A DNA stretch of 42,252 bases from an uncultured Bacilli bacterium (GCA_944332575.1 CALVKH010000002.1:1-42252), one strand, 5' to 3'. Positions 24,578 to 32,994 are shown, counted from the stretch's first letter. The notes: a model not told the origin generated them from the letters alone. Numbers and translations: made by a program.

Positions 24578-26072
24578 TAGATACCTCCCAACTATAATCA
24601 ACAATTGATTCGTCTAAGTCTTCTATACTAATAGTTCTTCTATTTTTAACTTGATACAATAACCCAATTAATTGAATCGTTATAATTGGTATTAAAGAAA
24701 CCAAAGCTGCTAAACCAAAAGCATCAGTCAATATATTACCATCATTTGCTAGACAAACACCTATGGCAATCGGCAATAAAAACGTTGTTGTTAAAGTCCC
24801 ACCAGTAGCTCCTCCAGAATCAAAGGCAATAGCAGTAAAAGTTTTAGGTACAAAAAACATAAGTGCTAAACAAATAATATAGCCAGGAATAACAAAATAT
24901 AAAAATGAAAGTCCTGTAAAAGCTCTTACTATAGACATACCTGCTGCTAAGCTAACTCCTAAAGATAATCCTAAATTCATTGACTTTTTAGAAATACTTC
25001 CTTCTGTTAATTCTTCAATTTGATCAACTAAAATTTTAACAGCTGGTTCAGCAATAGCTATAAAGAAAGCTAGTATCATAACAATCGGTACTAATAAATA
25101 CTTATATTCAGAATCAGCCATATATTCACCAATTAAATATCCCATATCCATAAATCCTACATTAGCTGCGGTTAAAAATAAAGTTAATCCAATAATAATG
25201 ACAAATAAACCAAATACAATTTTACGCATCTCTAATTTATTAATTTCTTTTGTTATTAACTGATAAATAATAAATACTATAATAATGGGAGATATAGAAA
25301 AAAGTACATCTTTTAAACTAACAATTAATTGACTAAAATAAGCATTATATCCATAACTATTATTCACTAATTCACTTAAATTAACATCACTAACATTATT
25401 AAAAAATATTCCCATTAGCATAACCATTAAAATAGGTCCTGTGGAACAAAGAGCAACTAAACCAAAACTCGATTCTTTCGCTTTCTTATCCGTTCTATTA
25501 GCTGTTAATCCAACACCTAACGTCATGATAAAAGGTATACTAATAGTACCTGTCGTAGCTCCTCCAGAATCAAAGGCAATGGGTATAAAATCACTAGGAA
25601 CAAATATCATTAATATAAAAATCAAAATAAAACTAATTAACAACATCATATTAAGATCTAAATTATATATAGATCTTAAGGAAGACAATAACATATAAAC
25701 TCCTACACCAACGCTTATAATAATTATTAGTGTATTACTTGGTATCGAAGTTAACTGATCAGCTAATACTCTTAAATCCGGTTCAGCAATAGTAGTAACT
25801 ATACCTATGATTAAACTAACTAAAAGAATAATACTGATCTTTTTACTTCTTACTAGCTTATTACCTATTTTTTCACCAATCAATAACATGGAAATATCAG
25901 CACCAAAAGTAAACAATCCAGTTCCTATTACTAAGATAACAGAACTAATAAAAAAGGATATCATTAACGAAGGTGTCATCGGTATTAATAGACTTAATAA
26001 CATCACAACAATAACTACAGGAATAATACTTATAACAGCTTCTTTTAAACTATTTTGAATATGTTTTAACAT
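24570..26072 (-). CDS. DUF1538-type polytopic membrane protein, internally duplicated (putative transporter)
   Basis: 500 aa with about 12 TM. The motif is repeated: IAFDSGGATTGTISIPFIMTLGVG (first half) and IAFDSGGATGGTLTTTFLLPIAIG (second half). Confidence 0.7.
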   Translation of the reverse strand: MLKHIQNSLKEAVISIIPVVIVVMLLSLLIPMTPSLMISFFISSVILVIGTGLFTFGADISMLLIGEKIGNKLVRSKKISIILLVSLIIGIVTTIAEPDLRVLADQLTSIPSNTLIIIISVGVGVYMLLSSLRSIYNLDLNMMLLISFILIFILMIFVPSDFIPIAFDSGGATTGTISIPFIMTLGVGLTANRTDKKAKESSFGLVALCSTGPILMVMLMGIFFNNVSDVNLSELVNNSYGYNAYFSQLIVSLKDVLFSISPIIIVFIIYQLITKEINKLEMRKIVFGLFVIIIGLTLFLTAANVGFMDMGYLIGEYMADSEYKYLLVPIVMILAFFIAIAEPAVKILVDQIEELTEGSISKKSMNLGLSLGVSLAAGMSIVRAFTGLSFLYFVIPGYIICLALMFFVPKTFTAIAFDSGGATGGTLTTTFLLPIAIGVCLANDGNILTDAFGLAALVSLIPIITIQLIGLLYQVKNRRTISIEDLDESIVDYSWEVSNG

Positions 26073-26110
26073 CTAAGTACCTCCCTTTATTATTATTAAT
26101 CTTATATCTA

Positions 26111-26599
26111 TTATTTATAATCTTTAAACTTAATTTCACAATTAGACAATTGTCTAGCTTTTTTGATTTCTAATTTTACTTTATTATCTACAAACAAAAT
26201 ACTATATACTGCTTCCCAAATTGCTACCCATCCAGCAATAAGAAATAATTCTGGAAGTAAAAACTCAGTAATATGACTAAAACTATCGGATAAAGCAATT
26301 AACAATATACCAATTAGAAAAAGGACCACTCTTTTTAATCTATTAAATTTAGTATAAAACATTTGCTTTCTTACAAATAATCCATAGTATTCTCTTATAG
26401 CATCTACCAATTGGTCTTTTTCTTCATCAGAAAATATAACACTATTGTTTATATAAATAATCATTTTTTTATTCATGGGAAACATTTTTGCACAATTATA
26501 AATATAATCTCCCAATTCTTCTGATATCTGTTCATTATTAAACTTATTATAAATATCTTCTTTATTATCTATATCAACTCTAATAATATTATTATCCAT
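26111..26599 (-). CDS. Hypothetical protein with two C-terminal TM helices
   Basis: 162-aa ORF with an N-terminal soluble part and then VVLFLIGILLIALS and LFLIAGWVAIWEAVYSILFV. I recognise no family. Confidence 0.4.
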   Translation of the reverse strand: MDNNIIRVDIDNKEDIYNKFNNEQISEELGDYIYNCAKMFPMNKKMIIYINNSVIFSDEEKDQLVDAIREYYGLFVRKQMFYTKFNRLKRVVLFLIGILLIALSDSFSHITEFLLPELFLIAGWVAIWEAVYSILFVDNKVKLEIKKARQLSNCEIKFKDYK

Positions 26600-26641
26600 A
26601 CTATCACCTATTTTATATTATAAATTATACCATAATTAAAC

Positions 26642-26673
26642 AAAAAAACTATCATTTTATTGATAGTTTTTTT
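26642..26673. terminator. Bidirectional-type terminator downstream of the CsoR-family gene
   Basis: AAAAAAACTATCAttttatTGATAGTTTTTTT has the stem ACTATCA/TGATAGT, flanked by A7 and T7. Confidence 0.65.
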
Positions 26674-26689
26674 AATAGGAATTTTTATC

Positions 26690-26962
26690 TTAACTAATAC
26701 GGCCAAACAAAGTAATTACTTCATCGACGGTCTCTAGTTTGCCGTTTTTCAAATCATCAACAACTTTAGTTGATAAATGTTCTTTTAAGATAGTGTTACT
26801 AAAACTTTTTAAAGAATTGATAATAGCTGAAACTTGAATTAAAATATCATCGCAGTATCTATCATCGGTAACCATTTGTTTTACACCTCTGACTTGACCT
26901 TCAATTCGACTTAGTCTTATTATCATTTCTTGTTTTTTTTGACCATCATCTACTTTTGTCAT
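26690..26962 (-). CDS. CsoR/RcnR/FrmR-family (DUF156) metal- or stress-sensing repressor
   Basis: RLSRIEGQVRGVKQMVTDDRYCDDILIQVSAIINSL. In ILKEHLSTK the His is conserved, but the residue aligned with the second CsoR Cys (H+4) is Lys. Confidence 0.85.
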   Translation of the reverse strand: MTKVDDGQKKQEMIIRLSRIEGQVRGVKQMVTDDRYCDDILIQVSAIINSLKSFSNTILKEHLSTKVVDDLKNGKLETVDEVITLFGRIS

Positions 26963-27057
26963 ACAAATTCCTCCTAATAATTATAGTATATACCTTAAAT
27001 CAAGTTCAAGTCAAACAATTGTATTCTTTTTTGCATGGTAAAGTTTAACATTTATCA

Positions 27058-27801
27058 CTAAAAGTATAATCTAGCAACAACCAACTTTTTGAATTTATTA
27101 AAGATTTTTGTAATCATTTTAATTATTTTAGAAATTACCTTTAATCTTGTTTTCTTATTAGTATTTATTGATGATTTTAGATACCCATTTAATCCTTTTA
27201 TTGCCATGATAGATGGAAAATTTTTATAAGCATAATTTAATTTAACGTTAGTTAATCCGCCAATATTACCAGTATTAGCCAATTGCCACATTCCATATGT
27301 ACAATTAAAATCATTAGAATATTCCGCTAACCACTTATCATATTTATCTAGAACTGATACCTCTAATTTATTATTTAACCATTCCCAATTAGTATATATA
27401 CCTACATAATAATTATTTTCTTCAAGGATATCACAAAAAGATTTTATTGCATTAGTTAAATTAATTTTATTCGCTTTTGCTTGATAATATCTATCTTCTA
27501 CAGTTATATAAACAGGATATTCTAGTTGTTTATCTTTTAAATGTTCTATTACAAATTTAGCTTCATTCTCTCCTTCCTCCACAGTTACTGCTCTTGAACA
27601 ATAATAAACTCCTATTGGCAACCCAACTGCTTTTGCATTTTTATAATATATTTCAAACATTGGATCCAGAACTTTCTTTTTTACATTTCTATATCCAGTA
27701 TAACCAAGTCTTAATATAGCAAACTTTACTCCACTATTTTTAATTCTTACCCAATCTATATTACCATGATAATAATTAACATCTATTCCTAGAACAGCCA
27801 T
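27058..27801 (-). CDS. GH25 muramidase (lysozyme) without a signal peptide, with a cationic C-terminal tail
   Basis: MAVLGIDVNYYHGNIDWVRIKNSGVKFAILRLGYTG, with DRYY and WLAEY motifs. The C-terminal 35 aa are KKTRLKVISKIIKMITKIFNKFKKLVVARLYF. GGGGTGA lies upstream of the ATG. Confidence 0.88.
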   Translation of the reverse strand: MAVLGIDVNYYHGNIDWVRIKNSGVKFAILRLGYTGYRNVKKKVLDPMFEIYYKNAKAVGLPIGVYYCSRAVTVEEGENEAKFVIEHLKDKQLEYPVYITVEDRYYQAKANKINLTNAIKSFCDILEENNYYVGIYTNWEWLNNKLEVSVLDKYDKWLAEYSNDFNCTYGMWQLANTGNIGGLTNVKLNYAYKNFPSIMAIKGLNGYLKSSINTNKKTRLKVISKIIKMITKIFNKFKKLVVARLYF

Positions 27802-27887
27802 ATTATCACCCCTATTATAAAGTATTAAGAATTAAAATTTTTTTGTGTGTAGATAAACTAATAAAAAAATAAAAAGCATAAAACTTT

Positions 27888-29699
27888 TTATTTTTGACTA
27901 TCTATTTTATTTAATAATTTACTTAATAATTTAGTAACCAATTCATTAACAAATTGACTATTGTCGCTTTCATTATTATGAATGTTTTTAATATCATATT
28001 TTCTTACATCTACCATATAGACTAAATAATCAACAAAACAATTGATTAAATCCTTCTGGTAATCTTTATTAATGACTTCTTTTACTGCATCATTTAATAT
28101 TTCTATAGCTTGTGCTATTACTACAATTGGTTTTAGGAAATTATCTTGATCTAATTTAAAATGAACATTATTGATCTTCGCATTCAAATCAATATCATTT
28201 AAATCTATTTCACTAATAGTATCACTATCATTTTCTTTTAATAATTGCTTGCCAAGTTCTGTAGCAAAATAACAAGTATATTCATACAAATCCTCTTTAT
28301 TGTTAATAAATGTTGAAAATGTCAAAACTTCTTTTAATCCAATATTATCTTTTTCTTCTATTTTTTTCTTTAGCATTTTTATATTATAAAGATTAGAAAC
28401 TAAGATTTTATTATATAAAATTTGAAACCTCGTTTTCTCATTATCAATTACCACAATATTATTATATTTATAAAATCCGCCTTGAGAACATAAGGTATAA
28501 ATAGAATTTAAATCTTCCTGATAATAAAAGCATAAATTAATAATATTTTTTCTAAGTATATGAAATACCTTTTTATTCCACAATTCAACATCATAATATT
28601 CTTCTTTTTTAGGTAATTCTAATGTAGTATAAAAAATACTTTCACCATTCATATGTATTAATCCAGGCTTTATTATTTCCTTAAATATAGCATCAGTTAA
28701 TTTAGTTAATATCTCATAATTTCTATTTCTTGACTTAATACTATCAACAGTAGAGAAATATTTAAAGTAATCAGTAAAAGAACCTAATGGATCTAAATCT
28801 TTAATTGGTTTTAAAAAATAATTATCAAAATCAATTTTCTCTTCCATCTTATAATTGTCATTATAAATAAATTTAACAAAAATATCTTGTTCCATTTCAT
28901 TTTTAGAATCATATTCATAAAGACCTTTAAAATCTCTTAATGCATGTTCAAAATAATACCATTTATTTTCAATATTATAAGTGATAAACATATGTGCTAA
29001 ATAAATATTATCATATCTACCAACTAAATATTTTTGATATTTAATATCATTTAATTTTAAAAATTCCCCTACTAAATAAGAAGATTCATAACAATTAGAT
29101 ATCTGATCATCTAAAATTTCACTAACATTTCTTTGTTTCCAAAGTTTAGTTTGAACATATCCGCTCACTGTATTTATTATTGCTTGATACTCTTTGTCTT
29201 GACATATATCCACATCTTCTTTAACATATTGTTTTTTAACGTTATTAATAATTTCATCATCAGGTTTTAATTTAGAATAAAAGTCAATAATAAAATTAAA
29301 TACATCTTCATCATAATAAGTTACTATCTTATTATTTTTAACAGCACCATTTACTGGTCCAAAAGGTAATTTCCAACGTCTTTCATTATATTCTAAAACT
29401 CCACCATATTCAAAGTTGTCATTCATATATTTATATAAATCATTTATAGTATATATCCCTTTATCAGCAAATGGATTATCATAATGATGCTCTATGTTAT
29501 ACTTTTTAATTTCCTCTTGCTTTTTTAAATTTTCATCTTTTATTTTATTATATTCATCCAATATTAATGATTTAACATCCTCTTTGTTATAATCATAAAA
29601 TTTTACTAAAATGTTTTTTACATCTTTATGATCTAAATTACCTTGTTCTTTTTCAATATCCAATATAATATTTTTTATCTTATTACTTTCTCTATTCAT
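27888..29699 (-). CDS. Large cytoplasmic protein with a transglutaminase-like Cys-His-acid core, otherwise unknown
   Basis: 603 aa with no signal peptide or TM. QISNCYESSYLVGEFLKLNDIKYQKYLVGRYDNIYLAHMFITYNIENKWYYFEHA has C203, H236 and E251 spaced as in transglutaminase-like or papain-fold enzymes (C-33-H-15-acid). Confidence 0.4.
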   Translation of the reverse strand: MNRESNKIKNIILDIEKEQGNLDHKDVKNILVKFYDYNKEDVKSLILDEYNKIKDENLKKQEEIKKYNIEHHYDNPFADKGIYTINDLYKYMNDNFEYGGVLEYNERRWKLPFGPVNGAVKNNKIVTYYDEDVFNFIIDFYSKLKPDDEIINNVKKQYVKEDVDICQDKEYQAIINTVSGYVQTKLWKQRNVSEILDDQISNCYESSYLVGEFLKLNDIKYQKYLVGRYDNIYLAHMFITYNIENKWYYFEHALRDFKGLYEYDSKNEMEQDIFVKFIYNDNYKMEEKIDFDNYFLKPIKDLDPLGSFTDYFKYFSTVDSIKSRNRNYEILTKLTDAIFKEIIKPGLIHMNGESIFYTTLELPKKEEYYDVELWNKKVFHILRKNIINLCFYYQEDLNSIYTLCSQGGFYKYNNIVVIDNEKTRFQILYNKILVSNLYNIKMLKKKIEEKDNIGLKEVLTFSTFINNKEDLYEYTCYFATELGKQLLKENDSDTISEIDLNDIDLNAKINNVHFKLDQDNFLKPIVVIAQAIEILNDAVKEVINKDYQKDLINCFVDYLVYMVDVRKYDIKNIHNNESDNSQFVNELVTKLLSKLLNKIDSQK

Positions 29700-29835
29700 A
29701 TTTAAGTCCTCCCGACTATAATAGATCGTATCATAATTACTATCTAAAGTAAACTGAGATTATATTTAATAATATTTTTTGATAAATAAATACATTTTTT
29801 ATAACTTATTTATATAACTTATCATAAAAACAATG

Positions 29836-29878
29836 TCAAAAAAAGGAAAGTAATTATATATATAAAGGTTCTTCCTTT
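29836..29878 (-). terminator. Possible terminator overlapping the 3' end of nrdG
   Basis: AAAGGAAAG (29842-29850) pairs with CTTCCTTT (29871-29878) with one bulge and a 20-nt loop. A T-run follows on the minus strand. Confidence 0.35.
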
Positions 29879-30408
29879 GCATATACACTTTCCTTATTGT
29901 CATATTTTTCTACACATATTACTTTGTTTTCTTTTAGACTTTTTGGTACATCAATAATTCGTTGATTTTTAGAACCTCTAAATTTTACATCCGCACTTTT
30001 CTCTTCTAAAATAAACTTACCATCTACTACTACATCTAATTCTTTTAACAAATCTAACATTTTAGGATTAACTCTAGCAATAGCTAATAACTGTTCAAAA
30101 GTATATCCAGTATAACACCAAACATTTAATCCTATTTTGTGAGCGAATTTAGCAATATCTAAAGATGCCTCTATTTGAAACATAGGATCACCCCCAGATA
30201 AAGTTACACCAGTTATCGATTTTAATTTAGAAATTTCTTTTTTTACTTCCTCAGTATCTGAAAGAAAACCGCCATCAAATGAATGAGTATTAGGATTGTG
30301 GCATCCCTTACAATTATGAGAACATCCTTGCATCCATACTACTACTCTAATTCCCTCACCATCAACAATACTATCTGGCTGAATGTTACCAGCTAATCTT
30401 ACTTGCAT
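29854..30408 (-). CDS. nrdG: Anaerobic ribonucleotide reductase activating protein (radical SAM)
   Basis: GEGIRVVVWMQGCSHNCKGCHN (the CxxxCxxC cluster), with TLSGGDP. The ATG lies 2 nt after the stop of the 61-codon ORF. Confidence 0.92.
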   Translation of the reverse strand: MQVRLAGNIQPDSIVDGEGIRVVVWMQGCSHNCKGCHNPNTHSFDGGFLSDTEEVKKEISKLKSITGVTLSGGDPMFQIEASLDIAKFAHKIGLNVWCYTGYTFEQLLAIARVNPKMLDLLKELDVVVDGKFILEEKSADVKFRGSKNQRIIDVPKSLKENKVICVEKYDNKESVYAKEEPLYI

Positions 30409-30410
30409 TT

Positions 30411-30596
30411 TTATTCACTACAAGAACAGATACCAGTAGCATCATGTTTTACACGATCGTGTTCTTCAGCGCGTTTACCATTATTGAATCTGTCTACTGT
30501 ACCAACAAGATACCCAGTAATTCTACGAATTCTTTCGAATCCTACACCTTCTCCTACTTGTTTTCCATTTTCTTTTTTTACTTCTACTTTTTCCAT
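30411..30596 (-). CDS. Detached glycyl-radical segment of class III RNR (NrdD C-terminus) as a separate 61-codon ORF
   Basis: MEKVEVKKENGKQVGEGVGFERIRRITGYLVGTVDRFNNGKRAEEHDRVKH... carries the RxxGY glycyl-radical loop and the N.GK..E...R.KH tail that normally end NrdD. AGGGAGAGG lies 5 nt upstream of the ATG. The ORF is in frame with nrdD across one TAG. Confidence 0.8.
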   Translation of the reverse strand: MEKVEVKKENGKQVGEGVGFERIRRITGYLVGTVDRFNNGKRAEEHDRVKHDATGICSCSE

Positions 30597-30611
30597 TTTT
30601 TCCTCTCCCTT

Positions 30612-32930
30612 CTATCTATTACAATCACAATTTAGGCTTGTGATCTTTTCCATACTTACTGATTCACCTTCACGACGTCCACATTTTGGGCATACATCAT
30701 GAATAATACCAACATATCCACAAACAGGATCTCTATCCACAGGATGGTTAATAGCTCCATAACCAATTCCTTCTTTTTTCATTATTCTAATAATACTTTC
30801 AAATGCATCTAAATTCTCTGTAGGATCACCATCTAACTCTATATAAGAGATATGCCCAGCATTAGTTAATGCATGATATGGTGCCTCTTTATGAATTTTA
30901 TCAGCAATAGTTATATTATAATAAACTGGAATATGGAAGGAATTAGTATAATATTCTCTATCTGTTACTCCTTTTATTTTTCCATATATAGCTTTATCAA
31001 TATTTGTAAATCTTCCTGACAACCCTTCTGCAGGAGTTGCTAAACATGTAAAGTTTAAATTATATTTTTCGCTATATTCATCACATTTATTTCTAATAAA
31101 CCCAATGATTTTTAACCCTAATTCTTGCGCTTCCTCACTTTCTCCGTGATGTTTACCAATTAAAGCTTTCAAACATTCAGCTAATCCAATAAATCCAATA
31201 CTAAGAGTTCCATGTTTTAATACTCTTCTTAGTTTATCCCCTGGTTTTAGTTTTTCAGAATCCAACCAAACTCCTTGTCCTAATAAGAATGGGAAGTTAT
31301 AAACATGTCTATTACATTGAATTTCAAATCTCTCTAATAGTTGATCTTTAACAAGTTCCACTAAATCTCCTAACTCTTCAAAGAATCCATCTAAATCTGC
31401 TTCTTCTCTTCCAGAGACAATACCATGTTTAATACCTAATCTTGGTAAGTTAATAGAAGTAAATGATAAATTACCTCTTCCTGGAGTGATAGATTTATCA
31501 GGATCAACATGATTTCCTAAAACCCTAGTTCTACATCCCATATAACCAACTTCTGTTGTATAGTCTCCTTCTTTATAATATTCCAAATTGAATGGAGCAT
31601 CTATGAAGGAAAAGTTAGGGAACAATCTTTTGGCAGATACTTTGCATGACAATTTAAATAAGTCATAATTAGGATCACCTGGATTATAGTTTACTCCTTC
31701 TTTTACTTTAAATATCGAAATAGGGAAAATTGGTGTTTCACTATGTCCTAATCCTGCATCTACTGCTTTTAAATAATTTTCAATAACCATTCTACCTTCA
31801 CGAGATGTATCAGTACCAAAGTTTATGGATGAAAAAGGTACTTGAGCTCCAGCTCTTGAATGCATAGTATTTAAATTATGAACAAAAGCTTCCATTGCTT
31901 GATAAGTAATACGATCTGTTTTCTTTAATGCTTTATGATAAGATAATTCAAACAATCTCTTTAACTCTTGTGAATCTTTGATAAATCTATCAAATATGCT
32001 TAAATCAACATCTATGCTTTCTAATTTATCTATTTCTTTCACAACTGTATTAAAATTAATAAATAATCCAAATTCACTATAATCAAGCAAATCAGATAAC
32101 GTTTGTTTAAATTGTTTTTTAAATGTTTTTAACACTCCAGGAGCTAAATAATAATCAAAAGCTGGAATACTTTGTCCTCCGTGTTGATCATTTTGATTCG
32201 ATTGAATAGCTATAGCAGCTAGTGCTGAATAACTCATAATATCATTAGGCTCTCTTAAATGACCATGTCCTGTTGAAAAACCATTCTTAAATAGTTTATC
32301 TAAATCAATTTGCATACAAGTAGTAGTTCCCATTGGTAAAAAGTCCATATCATGAATATGAATATCACCATCATCATGGGCATCAGCATATTTCTTCTTC
32401 ATTAAATAAGCTTTGGCGAATTCTTTTGATACAGTAGAACCATATTGTAGCATTGTCCCCATAGCTGTATCGCCATCAACATTTGCATTTTCTCTTTTAG
32501 TGTCATCTTCATGAGCAGATTTAAGTCCTAAACCTTCTAAAGTTTTTAAGAATTTGTGTTTTTTCTTATCATCAAAAAACATTTCGCGGGATTGATTTCT
32601 ACGTTCACGATAATCAGAAAAAGACTTATAAACATCTATGTAACCTTTTTTCTGTAATTCATCCTCAATAATATCTTGAATATCCTCAATCTTTATTTTC
32701 TCTTCATCTTTATAATCTTTTTCAATTCTTTTTATTACCGCTTGATAAACTTTTTGAATATCTTTTTCAGTATAATTATTACCTTCACTTAATTCAGCAT
32801 ATTCCACTCTTTCTAAATTATCAAAGCCTTTCTTAATTGCGATAGCAATTTTTGCACCGTTAAATTCAACTTTCTTACCATTCCTTTTAACAACTTTTAA
32901 ATTTTCCAATAATTCGTCAGTTCCTACCAT
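30612..32930 (-). CDS. nrdD: Anaerobic ribonucleoside-triphosphate reductase, large body lacking the glycyl-radical loop
   Basis: ATP-cone (VVKRNGKKVEFNGAKIAIAIKKGF), the class III barrel (TTCMQIDL, GGQSIPAFDYY, GCRTR) and Zn-ribbon Cys (CGYVG...CPKCG). The ORF ends ...SLNCDCNR-TAG. I prefer the ATG at 32930, which has GGAGG 7 nt upstream, over the track start at 32978. Confidence 0.93.
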   Translation of the reverse strand: MVGTDELLENLKVVKRNGKKVEFNGAKIAIAIKKGFDNLERVEYAELSEGNNYTEKDIQKVYQAVIKRIEKDYKDEEKIKIEDIQDIIEDELQKKGYIDVYKSFSDYRERRNQSREMFFDDKKKHKFLKTLEGLGLKSAHEDDTKRENANVDGDTAMGTMLQYGSTVSKEFAKAYLMKKKYADAHDDGDIHIHDMDFLPMGTTTCMQIDLDKLFKNGFSTGHGHLREPNDIMSYSALAAIAIQSNQNDQHGGQSIPAFDYYLAPGVLKTFKKQFKQTLSDLLDYSEFGLFINFNTVVKEIDKLESIDVDLSIFDRFIKDSQELKRLFELSYHKALKKTDRITYQAMEAFVHNLNTMHSRAGAQVPFSSINFGTDTSREGRMVIENYLKAVDAGLGHSETPIFPISIFKVKEGVNYNPGDPNYDLFKLSCKVSAKRLFPNFSFIDAPFNLEYYKEGDYTTEVGYMGCRTRVLGNHVDPDKSITPGRGNLSFTSINLPRLGIKHGIVSGREEADLDGFFEELGDLVELVKDQLLERFEIQCNRHVYNFPFLLGQGVWLDSEKLKPGDKLRRVLKHGTLSIGFIGLAECLKALIGKHHGESEEAQELGLKIIGFIRNKCDEYSEKYNLNFTCLATPAEGLSGRFTNIDKAIYGKIKGVTDREYYTNSFHIPVYYNITIADKIHKEAPYHALTNAGHISYIELDGDPTENLDAFESIIRIMKKEGIGYGAINHPVDRDPVCGYVGIIHDVCPKCGRREGESVSMEKITSLNCDCNR

Positions 32931-32966
32931 TTTACTACCTCCAATATTTCCTCTCTCTATACTTAA

Positions 32967-32994
32967 ATTGTAATACAACTATAACCAAAGTCAA
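32967..32994 (-). promoter_or_regulatory. Candidate nrdD promoter
   Basis: The minus strand has TTGACT (32994-32989), a 16-nt spacer, then TACAAT (32972-32967). The 11-nt palindrome TTGTATTACAA overlaps the -10. Confidence 0.4.

Noticed and set aside
26986-26993. GTATATAC palindrome upstream of the CsoR-family gene as its operator
   Set aside because: It is only 8 nt of almost pure A/T, so it is expected by chance here. It does not resemble the G/C-tract-containing CsoR operators I know. I mention it only as a lead inside the CsoR finding.
27058-27801. GH25 muramidase as evidence of a prophage
   Set aside because: No holin, terminase, portal, capsid, tail, integrase or repressor genes lie within at least 10 kb on either side. 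The flanking genes are ordinary chromosomal functions.
29800-29822. Direct repeat TATAACTTAT-N3-TATAACTTAT between nrdG and the 603-aa gene
   Set aside because: It is a short, AT-rich repeat with a single pair of copies, overlapping probable -10-like sequence. That is insufficient to call a regulator binding site.
30612-30614. The in-frame TAG in nrdD as pyrrolysine or a reassigned sense codon
   Set aside because: TAG clearly terminates other well-supported genes in the same window: the GtrA-fusion gene at 2110-2112 and the GT2 gene at 4021-4023. No pyl genes are visible here, and no PYLIS-like context is obvious. Genome-wide reassignment is therefore unlikely. Low-level read-through is kept only as a minor alternative in the finding.
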